NCBI RefSeq assembly: GCF_000016745.1
Contig: NC_009483.1
Location: forward strand, 1,410,001 to 1,442,000
Direction: 5' to 3'
Source of the DNA: Geotalea uraniireducens Rf4
Lineage (GTDB): Bacteria > Desulfobacterota > Desulfuromonadia > Geobacterales > Geobacteraceae
Length of the DNA: 32,000 nucleotides
Shown here: in pieces, positions 14,064-21,720 of the stretch
Position numbering within the stretch: position 1 is the stretch's first letter
How the letters are laid out: every line of letters starts with the position of its first letter
Position numbers and translations under genes: made by a program
Notes under the pieces: generated by a model
The model's input: the letters and a program-made list of their open reading frames with translations, nothing else
What the model was told of the DNA's origin: nothing
The model's database searches: none

Positions 14064-14930
14064 ATGGCAACAGCGTGCAACGAGCGGAAGAACATTCAGG
14101 GTCACCCCTGCTTCGGCGGCAATCATCACAAAAACGGCCGCATGCATCTGGCCGTGGCGCCGCGATGCAACATCAAATGCGGCTACTGTTCCAGGAGGCA
14201 TGACTGCGCCAACGAGTCGCGCCCCGGTGTGACGAGCAGGCTCCTGACCCCGCAGGAGGCGATTGTCAAGGTCCGGGAGGTGGTGGCGAGCGATATCCTC
14301 GGCCCGATCATCAAGGTGATCGGTATCGCCGGTCCCGGCGATCCGCTGGCCAACGAGGAGACCTTCGAGACCTTCCGGCTCATCGGCGCGGAGTTTCCCC
14401 ACCTCATCAAGTGCATGAGCACCAACGGCCTCCTCCTGCCGGAGAAGATCGATCTCTTGCAGGAACTTGACCTGCACAGCCTGACTGTGACCATCAACGC
14501 CCTCGACCCGAGGGTAGGGGCGAAAATCTATAGCCATATCCTCTACCATGGCAAAAAACTGACCGGCACGGAGGCTGCTGAAATACTGATAGCCAACCAG
14601 TTGGAAGGATTAAGGCGAGCGGCTGCATACGGCATGACCATTAAAGTGAATACGGTCTACATACCCGGTGTCAACGAGGACCAGATACCGCTCATCGGCA
14701 GGAAGGTCAAGGAGCTTGGAGCGTTCGTCATGAACGTCATGCCGATCATACCCCAGGCCGACTTTGCCGGGATAGTTCCGCCCACGCCGGCGCTGATCGA
14801 TGAAGTGCGCAGTGCCAACGAGCAGATCATAGGCCAGTTCAAGCATTGCCGCCAGTGCCGCGCCGATGCCGTCGGCCTGATCGGCCAGGACGTGGCGGTC
14901 GTTGAAACGGCATGCGTGGTGAACAGGTAG
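14064..14930 (+). CDS. nifB: NifB, stand-alone radical-SAM form (no C-terminal NifX-like domain), 288 aa
   Basis: HPCFGGNHHKNGRMHLAVAPRCNIKCGYCSRRHDC carries the CxxxCxxC radical SAM cluster. GIAGPGDPLAN and the C-terminal CRQCRADAVG are also present. RBS AAAGGAGAG. Confidence 0.93.
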   Translation: MATACNERKNIQGHPCFGGNHHKNGRMHLAVAPRCNIKCGYCSRRHDCANESRPGVTSRLLTPQEAIVKVREVVASDILGPIIKVIGIAGPGDPLANEETFETFRLIGAEFPHLIKCMSTNGLLLPEKIDLLQELDLHSLTVTINALDPRVGAKIYSHILYHGKKLTGTEAAEILIANQLEGLRRAAAYGMTIKVNTVYIPGVNEDQIPLIGRKVKELGAFVMNVMPIIPQADFAGIVPPTPALIDEVRSANEQIIGQFKHCRQCRADAVGLIGQDVAVVETACVVNR

Positions 14931-15091
14931 GAGTCTGTCGGACTTAGGGAATCGTAGCGAGAGGATGGAAAATCGAGGACAGATTTCCGGAAATTTGAGA
15001 GCGAATAGTGGACCTATTCGTCGAAAATTTACGGAGATATGGACCGATTTGCCATTCTCGCAGTCGATTCATTCCTAAGTCCGGCAGGCTC
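14931..15091. repeat. About 160-nt multi-tier imperfect palindrome filling the nifB-GNAT spacer
   Basis: Tier 1: GAGTCTGTCGGACTTAGGGAATCG with CGATTCATTCCTAAGTCCGGCAGGCTC. Tier 2: GCGAGAGGATGGAAAATCG with CGATTTGCCATTCTCGC. Tier 3: GAGCGAATAG-TGGAC-CTATTCGTC at the centre. It begins on the first base after the TAG stop. Confidence 0.75.
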
Positions 15092-15120
15092 CTACGCCTT
15101 CCCCCTACGGTGCTAGATCG

Positions 15121-15930
15121 ATGAAAACCGACAGATTCCGACATGAAGATATCGACTCTTTTCTCCACCTGGCGGCAGATGAGGGGTGGTTGTGCGACCG
15201 CTGGGAGTTCGGTTTTCTCCTTGGCGCCTTTCCCGATGGCTGTTTCGTGGTGCGCGGGGCTGATGGGCCGCTCGCATTTGTCACGGCCGTAAGCTACGGG
15301 ACCAGTGGCTGGATCGGCAACCTTATCGTCCGCAGCGACCAGCGTGGCCTCGGGGTCGGCAAGGGGCTGATGAAACAGGCGATTGCCGCGTTGCAGGATG
15401 TCGGAACGGAAACCGTCTGGCTGACCGCATCGCAGGCTGGCAGGCCGATTTACGAAAAACTCGGCTTCACCGCCGTTGACGAGGTTAAGCGCTGGGCAGG
15501 CTACGGCAGTGGAGACCTGGTCCCGGAAGAGGGGACGATCTGCTTTGAGAAAATGGTGGAAACGGACCGAGCAGGGTGGGGCGATGAACGGAAGGCCCTG
15601 CTGCTTGCCGTCTCTAAGCGGGGGACGGCGTACGAAAGCCGGGATGGATTTATCGTCAGGCAGCGGTGCGGCAACGTTACCCAATTGGGCCCATGGGGGT
15701 GCAGCAGCATTGACGATGCCGCCGCTCTTCTGGATAGAGCCATCATTGGGGTCGGCGCGGGTAATCCTGTTGTACTGGATGTGCCGGCCGGAAATGTTGC
15801 TGCTGCCGGGCTGCTCGACAGTCGGGGTTTCACTGTCCGGGGTGGGACGGTCCTGATGTCCCTGGGGAGGCCTGCCGCCTATCGTCCCGATAATGTATAC
15901 GCCCTTGCCAGCATGGGGAGTATCGGGTAA
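15121..15930 (+). CDS. GNAT-family N-acetyltransferase with C-terminal YitH-like domain, 269 aa
   Basis: Acetyl-CoA binding segment IGNLIVRSDQRGLGVGKGLMKQAI...YEKLGF, plus a second alpha/beta domain. Confidence 0.85.
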   Translation: MKTDRFRHEDIDSFLHLAADEGWLCDRWEFGFLLGAFPDGCFVVRGADGPLAFVTAVSYGTSGWIGNLIVRSDQRGLGVGKGLMKQAIAALQDVGTETVWLTASQAGRPIYEKLGFTAVDEVKRWAGYGSGDLVPEEGTICFEKMVETDRAGWGDERKALLLAVSKRGTAYESRDGFIVRQRCGNVTQLGPWGCSSIDDAAALLDRAIIGVGAGNPVVLDVPAGNVAAAGLLDSRGFTVRGGTVLMSLGRPAAYRPDNVYALASMGSIG

Positions 15931-16045
15931 TAGATGAAGCGCCGTTTGTAGTTTAATGGTTGCTGGTTCATGATAATAGGATAAGCTTAAATGCATCGTG
16001 TGATACACCAGTTGCGGATGGTGATTTTTAGTCATATTGAAAAAT

Positions 16046-16068
16046 ATTTGCTTAAATTATAAGCAAAT
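16046..16068. promoter_or_regulatory. Perfect 9-bp-arm palindrome upstream of the etf operon (candidate operator)
   Basis: ATTTGCTTA-AATTA-TAAGCAAAT lies about 210 nt upstream of etfB. It is followed by a possible TTGCTA-N17-AAATAT promoter. Confidence 0.35.
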
Positions 16069-16275
16069 GTGGGCTTGTGTGTGGTGGGTATTTTTGCTAC
16101 AATCCGCCCGTGCTTAAAATATAGACGTTGTTGTGTGGATTATCCCGTAGCTGTTTTTTCGTCCTTATCGTTCCGCTTAAATGATGCGGAATAGATCTGC
16201 GTCAAAGATTCCTGCGCTGGAAAAGTATACGTTCTCTGTAGTTCTGAATCATATCCATCTCCTGTGAGGTCTTAC

Positions 16276-17088
16276 ATGCTCGTAGTAGCCTGCATCAAAC
16301 AGGTCCCGGACACCACCCAGGTGCAGATAGATCCGGTGACCAACACCCTGGTGCGCGAAGGAATCCCGTTCATCGTCAACCCGTACGACACCCACGCCCT
16401 GGAAGAGAGCCTGCGTCTCAAAGACCGGTTCGGTTTCCGGGTCGCCGCCATGTCCATGGGCCCCCCCAATGCCGAGGCAACGCTTAAAAAAGCCCTCGCA
16501 CTGGGAGTCGACGAAGCAATCCTCCTCTCCGACCGGGTCTTCGGCGGCGCCGACACCCTGGCCACCAGCAACGTCCTCTCCGCAGCCATCAGAAAGCTCA
16601 ACGCGGAGGAAGAAGTCGGGATAGTCTTCTGCGGCAAACAGACCATCGACGGCGACACCGCCCAGGTCGGCCCCGGCATCGCCACGCGGCTGGGATACAC
16701 CCAGCTCACCCTTGTCGACCGGATCGAGGATCTTGATCCTGTCAAGCGCACCATAAAAGTCCGGCGCAAGCTCGAAGGGCGGCACGAAATAGTCGAAGCC
16801 CCCTTGCCCGTCATGATCACCGTCGTCCGGGAGCTGAACCGACCCCGCTACCCGACCGTCCCCATGCGGCTTGAGTCCCAGGACGCCGAGGTAAAAGTCT
16901 GGAACAACGATGCCCTCAAGCTCGACGTCAACACCTGCGGCCTCAAAGGCTCCCCCACCTGGGTAAGCCGGATCTTCTCCCCCGAACGGGAAAAAGGCGA
17001 GATCATCGGCGACGGTGTCCACGAGCCGGAAAAAACCGCAGAACTTTTGATCGACAAGCTGTTGAGTAAAGACCTGCTAGCACTGTAA
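16276..17088 (+). CDS. etfB: Electron transfer flavoprotein beta subunit (bifurcating-type signature), ~270 aa
   Basis: Trimmed from GTG 16264 to the ATG at 16276 (GAGGT 5 nt upstream). MLVVACIKQVPDTT..., and GKQTIDGDTAQVGPGIA, the segment seen in FAD-binding beta subunits of Fix/Bcd-type Etfs rather than the DDDxNQTGQ form of housekeeping Etfs. Confidence 0.93.
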   Translation: MLVVACIKQVPDTTQVQIDPVTNTLVREGIPFIVNPYDTHALEESLRLKDRFGFRVAAMSMGPPNAEATLKKALALGVDEAILLSDRVFGGADTLATSNVLSAAIRKLNAEEEVGIVFCGKQTIDGDTAQVGPGIATRLGYTQLTLVDRIEDLDPVKRTIKVRRKLEGRHEIVEAPLPVMITVVRELNRPRYPTVPMRLESQDAEVKVWNNDALKLDVNTCGLKGSPTWVSRIFSPEREKGEIIGDGVHEPEKTAELLIDKLLSKDLLAL

Positions 17089-17100
17089 AAAAAACAGAAC

Positions 17101-17247
17101 AATCTTTGAACCGCAAAGGACCCAAAGGGCCTAAAGCGCAAAGGTCGCAAAGAAAACCCACAAGTGAGCGTCAAATTTAGGGGTAAAACAATAAGAAGTT
17201 TTTGCTTTCCTTAGCGTTCTTTGCGTCTTTGCGGTAAAAAAAGATTT
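17101..17247. repeat. Nested palindromic intergenic element, CGCAAAG family, copy 2
   Basis: Left arm: AATCTTTGAACCGCAAAGGACCCAAAGGGCCTAAAGCGCAAAGGTCGCAAAG. Right arm: CGTTCTTTGCGTCTTTGCGGTAAAAAAAGATT. It shares GAACCGCAAAGGACCCAAAGG with copy 1. Confidence 0.8.
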
Positions 17248-17263
17248 TTGAAGGGAACCGTCC

Positions 17264-18589
17264 ATGACCGACGAAGCGAAAAAACCGCTGAAGAAACCCC
17301 GGGGCAAAGCCTGCCTCATCGCAGGCAAATGCATCGCCTGCGGCGCCCGCTGCCAGAGTGCCTGCCCCGTTGACGCCATCGAAATGAACGACGCCGGCGA
17401 GCCGATCATCAACGAGAGCAAATGCATCGGCTGTGTCAAATGCGTCAAAGTCTGCCCGGCCCAGGCCATCGAGATGTTCTTCACCCCCGAAGAACAGAAA
17501 ATCCTCGACGAGATCATGAAACAGGGCGCCCCCGCCGTCGAAGAAGTGGACGCCGAAGCAGCAGCCCTCGCCAAAAAGCTCGCCGCCTACCGGGGCGTCT
17601 GGGTCTTTGTAGAGCAGACCGAAGGCGAAGCAGCCAAAGTCTCCTGGGAACTCCTGGGCGAAGGAGCCAAACTGGCCCGTGCCCTGGACGTCCCTCTCTC
17701 CGCCATCGTCATCGGCGAAAAGGTCGAACACCTCTGCAAGGAAGCCTTCGCCTACGGCGCCAGTAAAGCCTATCTCATCGACGCCCCCGTCTTCAAATAC
17801 TACCGGACCGAAGCCTACTTAAGAGCAGTCAACAACCTCATCGAAAAATACAAGCCCGAGATCATCCTCATGGGCGCCACCGGCCTCGGCCGCGACCTGG
17901 CCGGCGCCGTCGCCACCGTCGTCGGCACCGGCCTCACCGCCGACTGCACCGGCCTCGCTATCGACGACAAACGGAACCTGATGCAGACCCGACCCGCCTT
18001 CGGCGGCAACATCATGGCCACCATCATGTGCGACAAGTTCCGGCCGCAGATGTCCACCGTCCGCCCCCACGTCATGGCCATGCCCGAACATGACCCGCAA
18101 GGCTCAGGCGAGATCATCCGCGAAAGCTGCCCGGTCAAAGAAGAAGAGATCCTCGTCAAAGTCCTCGATATCATCAGCGACAAGAAGACAGACCAGGTCG
18201 ACGTAGCCGGCGCCGAATTCATCGTCTCCGGCGGCCGGGGCATGATGGGAAAAGAAAACTTCGCCATGCTCCAGGAACTGGCCAACGAACTCGGCGGCGT
18301 GGTGGGCGCTTCGCGCTCTGCCGTAGACGCAGGCTGGATGCCCCAGGAAAGACAGGTAGGGCAGACCGGCAAGACCGTTCGCCCCAAGATCTACATAGCC
18401 TGCGGAATCTCCGGCGCCATCCAGCACCTGGTCGGCATGCAGGACTCCGACGTCATCATCGCCATCAACCGGGACAAGGAAGCACCCATCTTCGAAGTCG
18501 CCACCTACGGCATCGTCGGCGACCTGTTCCAGATTATACCGGCCATCACCCGGAAACTCAGGGAACTGAAACAAGCAAAAAGCAGATAA
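17264..18589 (+). CDS. etfA: Electron transfer flavoprotein alpha subunit with N-terminal 2x[4Fe-4S] ferredoxin domain, 441 aa
   Basis: [13 protein letters not shown] and [12 protein letters not shown] clusters in the first ~70 aa. The EtfA body follows, including the C-terminal FAD-binding region (VSGGRGM..., [16 protein letters not shown]). Confidence 0.93.
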   Translation: MTDEAKKPLKKPRGKACLIAGKCIACGARCQSACPVDAIEMNDAGEPIINESKCIGCVKCVKVCPAQAIEMFFTPEEQKILDEIMKQGAPAVEEVDAEAAALAKKLAAYRGVWVFVEQTEGEAAKVSWELLGEGAKLARALDVPLSAIVIGEKVEHLCKEAFAYGASKAYLIDAPVFKYYRTEAYLRAVNNLIEKYKPEIILMGATGLGRDLAGAVATVVGTGLTADCTGLAIDDKRNLMQTRPAFGGNIMATIMCDKFRPQMSTVRPHVMAMPEHDPQGSGEIIRESCPVKEEEILVKVLDIISDKKTDQVDVAGAEFIVSGGRGMMGKENFAMLQELANELGGVVGASRSAVDAGWMPQERQVGQTGKTVRPKIYIACGISGAIQHLVGMQDSDVIIAINRDKEAPIFEVATYGIVGDLFQIIPAITRKLRELKQAKSR

Positions 18590-18595
18590 CACAAT

Positions 18596-18800
18596 CCACC
18601 ACAAAGACACGGAGATTCGGAGAAAGCCTTGAAAAATAAAACCATGTAACCGCAAAGGCGCAAAGGGCGCTAAGAAAGAAGTAAAACCGAAAACTTTATT
18701 GGTTATAAAAACATTTAAAGCGGATAAGCCTTTCGATTTTACCTTTGCGTTCTTTGCGCCTTTGCGGTTCAAGGATTTGTCTTTCTCCGTGTCTCTGTGG
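18596..18800. repeat. Nested palindromic intergenic element, CGCAAAG family, copy 3
   Basis: Outer arms: CCACCACAAAGACACGGAGATTCGGAGAAAG with CTTTCTCCGTGTCTCTGTGG. Inner arms: AACCGCAAAGGCGCAAAGGGCGCTAAGAAAG with CCTTTGCGTTCTTTGCGCCTTTGCGGTTCAAGGATT. Confidence 0.85.
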
Positions 18801-18817
18801 AAATAGAGGTTTTAACA

Positions 18818-20803
18818 ATGACCGACCAAGCCATCTTTACCCCGTTACTGATCGCCGCCCTGATCTTCTTTGCCTGGAGCTGCTACAAGCGCTTCAGCCT
18901 GCTGGGGCTCGGCCAGGCCGAAGACCGCTTCCAGCGCATCGACCTGCGCATCTGGGACATGCTCCTCTACGCCTTCGGCCAGAAGCGGGTCATGGCAAAA
19001 CCATTCGGCATCAACCACTGCATCATCTTCTGGTCATTCCTGATCCTGCTCATCGCCAACGGCGAATTCATCCTCGCCGGCGTCCTTCCCGGAGTAAGCC
19101 TGCGGCTCCTTTCCGACGGCATCAGCGGCCCCCTCGTCCTCCTCTGCGACCTGGCCTCCCTGCTGGCCCTGATCGGAGTCATCATCGCCGTCAGCCGGCG
19201 GCTCCTTTTCAAACCCGACTACCTGGACACAGCCTACGTCAAAGGGAGAAGCTTCGAAGGCTTCCTCATCCTCGGCTTCATCGCCCTCCTCATGCTTGCC
19301 TACTTCGGCCTGCACGGAGCCGAAATAGCCATGGGAGAAGAACCGCTCGCCGGCTACATGCCGCTCTCCGCCTTCACCGCCAAATTGCTCCTCGCCTCAC
19401 CTTTGGCCTCGAGCCTCGCACCTTTCGCCTCGTTTGCCTGGTGGCTCCATGCGCTGGTGCTCCTGGCCTTCATCTGCTTCCTCCCCTTGAGCAAACACAT
19501 GCATATCCTCACCGCCATCCCCAACTGCTTCCTCCAGAGCCTGGACAAGCCCAACACCCAGCCCCGGGAAGAATTCAAAAAAGGAGAACAGTTCGGCGTC
19601 GCAGAAGTAAGCCAGTTCACCTGGAAAGACCTGTTCGACGGCTTCTCCTGCACCGAATGCGGTCGCTGCCAGAACGCCTGTCCCGCAACAGCCACCGGCA
19701 AACCCCTCAACCCGCGCCAGGTGATCCACGCCATCAAGACCAACCTCCTCGCCAACGGCCCGTACCTGCAAAGGGGAGAAAAACCGGTCATACCGCTCAT
19801 CGGCGAAGAATCGGAAGGAAGCAACACGGAAGACACCATCTGGTCCTGCACCACCTGCGGCGCCTGCATTGCCGCCTGCCCGGTCATGATCGAGCAGATG
19901 CCGAAGATCATCAAGATGCGCCGGCACCTGGTAGAAATGGAGAGCAAATTCCCCGAAGAACTCCTGAACCTCTTCGAAAACATGGAACAAAGAAGCAACC
20001 CCTGGGGGATCGCACCAAGCGAGCGGACCAAGTGGAGCTCCACCATGGAAGTCAAACCCTTCGAGCAAGGCAAAACCGAATACCTCTTCTACATCGGCTG
20101 CGCCGGCGCCTTCGACTCCCGGGCCAAGCACGTAACAGTAGCACTCGCCACCATCCTCAACGCCGCAAACATCTCCTGGGGAATCCTCGGCAAAGAAGAG
20201 AAATGCTGCGGCGACAGCCTGAGAAGGCTCGGCAACGAATATGTCTTCGACAAGATGGCAAAAGAAAACGTCCAGCTCTTCAAGGAAAAGGGGATCACCA
20301 AGGTCATCACCCAGTGCCCCCACTGTTTCACCACCCTGAAAAACGACTACAAACAGTACGGCATCGAGCTCCAGGTCATCCACCACGCCGAACTGATCGA
20401 CCAGCTCCTCAAAGAAGGCAAGCTGAAGCTGAACAAACAGGTAAAAGAACTCGGCAACATCGTCTTCCACGACTCCTGCTACCTGGGGAGACACAACGAC
20501 ATCTACGAAGCCCCGCGAAGCGTCATCGAAACTGCAACCGGGAACGCCCCGACAGAACTGGAGCGAAAGAAAGACAACTCCTTCTGCTGCGGCGCAGGTG
20601 GCGGGCGGATGTGGATGGAAGAATTCATCGGTGAGCGGATCAACCTGAACCGGGTTACGGAAGCGCTCACAAAAAATCCAGACACCATCTGCGTTACCTG
20701 CCCCTACTGCATGACCATGTTCGAGGACGGCCTCAAGGACAAGCAGGCAGGACAGACGAAGGTAAGGGACATCGCGGAGCTGGTGGCGGAAGGGCTGAGG
20801 TGA
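18818..20803 (+). CDS. Membrane-bound Fe-S oxidoreductase: N-terminal multi-TM (cytochrome b/NarI-like) domain, 2x[4Fe-4S] and two CCG (HdrD/GlpC-like) domains, ~661 aa
   Basis: Start taken at the ATG at 18818 (GAGG 8 nt upstream; the track start at 18797 is GTG). About five hydrophobic helices in the first 240 aa. CTECGRCQNACP and CTTCGACIAACP clusters. CCG motifs EKCCGDS and SFCCGAGGG. The architecture matches Etf:quinone-type oxidoreductases of anaerobes. Confidence 0.9.
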   Translation: MTDQAIFTPLLIAALIFFAWSCYKRFSLLGLGQAEDRFQRIDLRIWDMLLYAFGQKRVMAKPFGINHCIIFWSFLILLIANGEFILAGVLPGVSLRLLSDGISGPLVLLCDLASLLALIGVIIAVSRRLLFKPDYLDTAYVKGRSFEGFLILGFIALLMLAYFGLHGAEIAMGEEPLAGYMPLSAFTAKLLLASPLASSLAPFASFAWWLHALVLLAFICFLPLSKHMHILTAIPNCFLQSLDKPNTQPREEFKKGEQFGVAEVSQFTWKDLFDGFSCTECGRCQNACPATATGKPLNPRQVIHAIKTNLLANGPYLQRGEKPVIPLIGEESEGSNTEDTIWSCTTCGACIAACPVMIEQMPKIIKMRRHLVEMESKFPEELLNLFENMEQRSNPWGIAPSERTKWSSTMEVKPFEQGKTEYLFYIGCAGAFDSRAKHVTVALATILNAANISWGILGKEEKCCGDSLRRLGNEYVFDKMAKENVQLFKEKGITKVITQCPHCFTTLKNDYKQYGIELQVIHHAELIDQLLKEGKLKLNKQVKELGNIVFHDSCYLGRHNDIYEAPRSVIETATGNAPTELERKKDNSFCCGAGGGRMWMEEFIGERINLNRVTEALTKNPDTICVTCPYCMTMFEDGLKDKQAGQTKVRDIAELVAEGLR

Positions 20804-20876
20804 GTTCTACGTTCTAAGTTCTAGGTTCTATGTTGAAAAACACCAACGTAGAACATAGAACGTAGAACTTAGAACC
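20804..20876. repeat. Palindrome made of GTTCTAN heptamers
   Basis: Left arm: GTTCTAC GTTCTAA GTTCTAG GTTCTAT GTT. Loop: GAAAAACACC. Right arm: AAC GTAGAAC ATAGAAC GTAGAAC TTAGAAC C. It starts on the base after the TGA stop and ends 17 nt before the next ATG. Confidence 0.85.
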
Positions 20877-20893
20877 TGAAAAAAGGTTATACC

Positions 20894-21583
20894 ATGCTGA
20901 TCGTTATCCAGAATGATCCTGAAGTACCGCTTGGGGCCTATGCCGATTATCTGGCGGAGCTTGACGTGCCGTACCGGCTGTTTCATCCGTACGAGGAGGA
21001 GATGCTGCCGGAGGCCGGGGAGGTAAGCGCCGCTATCGTCCTCGGCGGAGCCATGGGTGTGCACGATACGGACAGGCACCCCTTTCTCCGCGAGGTGAAC
21101 TGTTTCATCGGCGGTGCGATAGCCCAGGATCTGCCGTTCCTCGGCATCTGTCTCGGCGGGCAGCTCCTGGCTAGTCTTTTGGGGGCGCCGGTCACCACTA
21201 ATTCCCCTTTCGGCGAGAAGGGGACCCTGCCGGTCACCCTGACCGACGACGGGGAGGCCGATCCCCTCTTTGCCGGGATCGACCGGGAGTTCGTCACCTT
21301 CCAGTGGCACAACGACAGTTTCGTCGTCCCCGAAGGCGGGGTGCTGCTCGCCTCCTCCACCGCCTGCCCGGACCAGGCGTTTCGCTACGGCTCCAACGCA
21401 TACGGAATCCAGTTCCATCCCGAGGTAAACCGGGAGATAGTTGCCAACTGGAGCAGCTGGACCGAGGAGACCGCCGCCCGTACCGGCCAGTTCCTGGCTG
21501 AATTTGACCACCGTGCAGAAGATTACAACGCCGCGTCCCGCCAATTGCTTGTCAATTTCCTCCGCATTGCCCGCCTCGACTAA
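20894..21583 (+). CDS. Class I (GATase1) glutamine amidotransferase-domain protein, 229 aa
   Basis: Nucleophile elbow PFLGICLGGQLLA, and YGIQFHPE carrying the His-Glu of the triad. Confidence 0.88.
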   Translation: MLIVIQNDPEVPLGAYADYLAELDVPYRLFHPYEEEMLPEAGEVSAAIVLGGAMGVHDTDRHPFLREVNCFIGGAIAQDLPFLGICLGGQLLASLLGAPVTTNSPFGEKGTLPVTLTDDGEADPLFAGIDREFVTFQWHNDSFVVPEGGVLLASSTACPDQAFRYGSNAYGIQFHPEVNREIVANWSSWTEETAARTGQFLAEFDHRAEDYNAASRQLLVNFLRIARLD

Positions 21584-21684
21584 GTTTCGCCCAACTACGG
21601 GGATGCTGCGGAGAAACCCGCAGACCTTTTGAGCAGTTCAACAGAAATCTTCCCACCAAACTTCGTATTTCCAGATGGTAACGC

Positions 21685-21713
21685 TTGACGTTAATAATGG
21701 CTTGCGTTAATAT
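21685..21713 (+). promoter_or_regulatory. Sigma-70-type promoter of higBA with direct-repeat operator
   Basis: TTGACG (21685-21690), 17 nt, TAATAT (21708-21713). CGTTAATA is repeated twice across the promoter. The ATG lies 8 nt after the -10 element with no SD. Confidence 0.55.
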
Positions 21714-21720
21714 TTCAATA

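Noticed and set aside
14944-16035. 363-aa ORF antisense to the GNAT gene
   Set aside because: It is a shadow ORF across the palindrome and the acetyltransferase gene. It has low complexity, is Pro/Arg/Gly-rich, and resembles no known family.
18745-20634. 629-aa same-strand alternative frame over the Fe-S oxidoreductase gene
   Set aside because: The composition is extreme in Arg/Pro/His (RRRPSRSKPAAPFRRH...). The other frame encodes clear TM helices, Cys clusters and CCG motifs.
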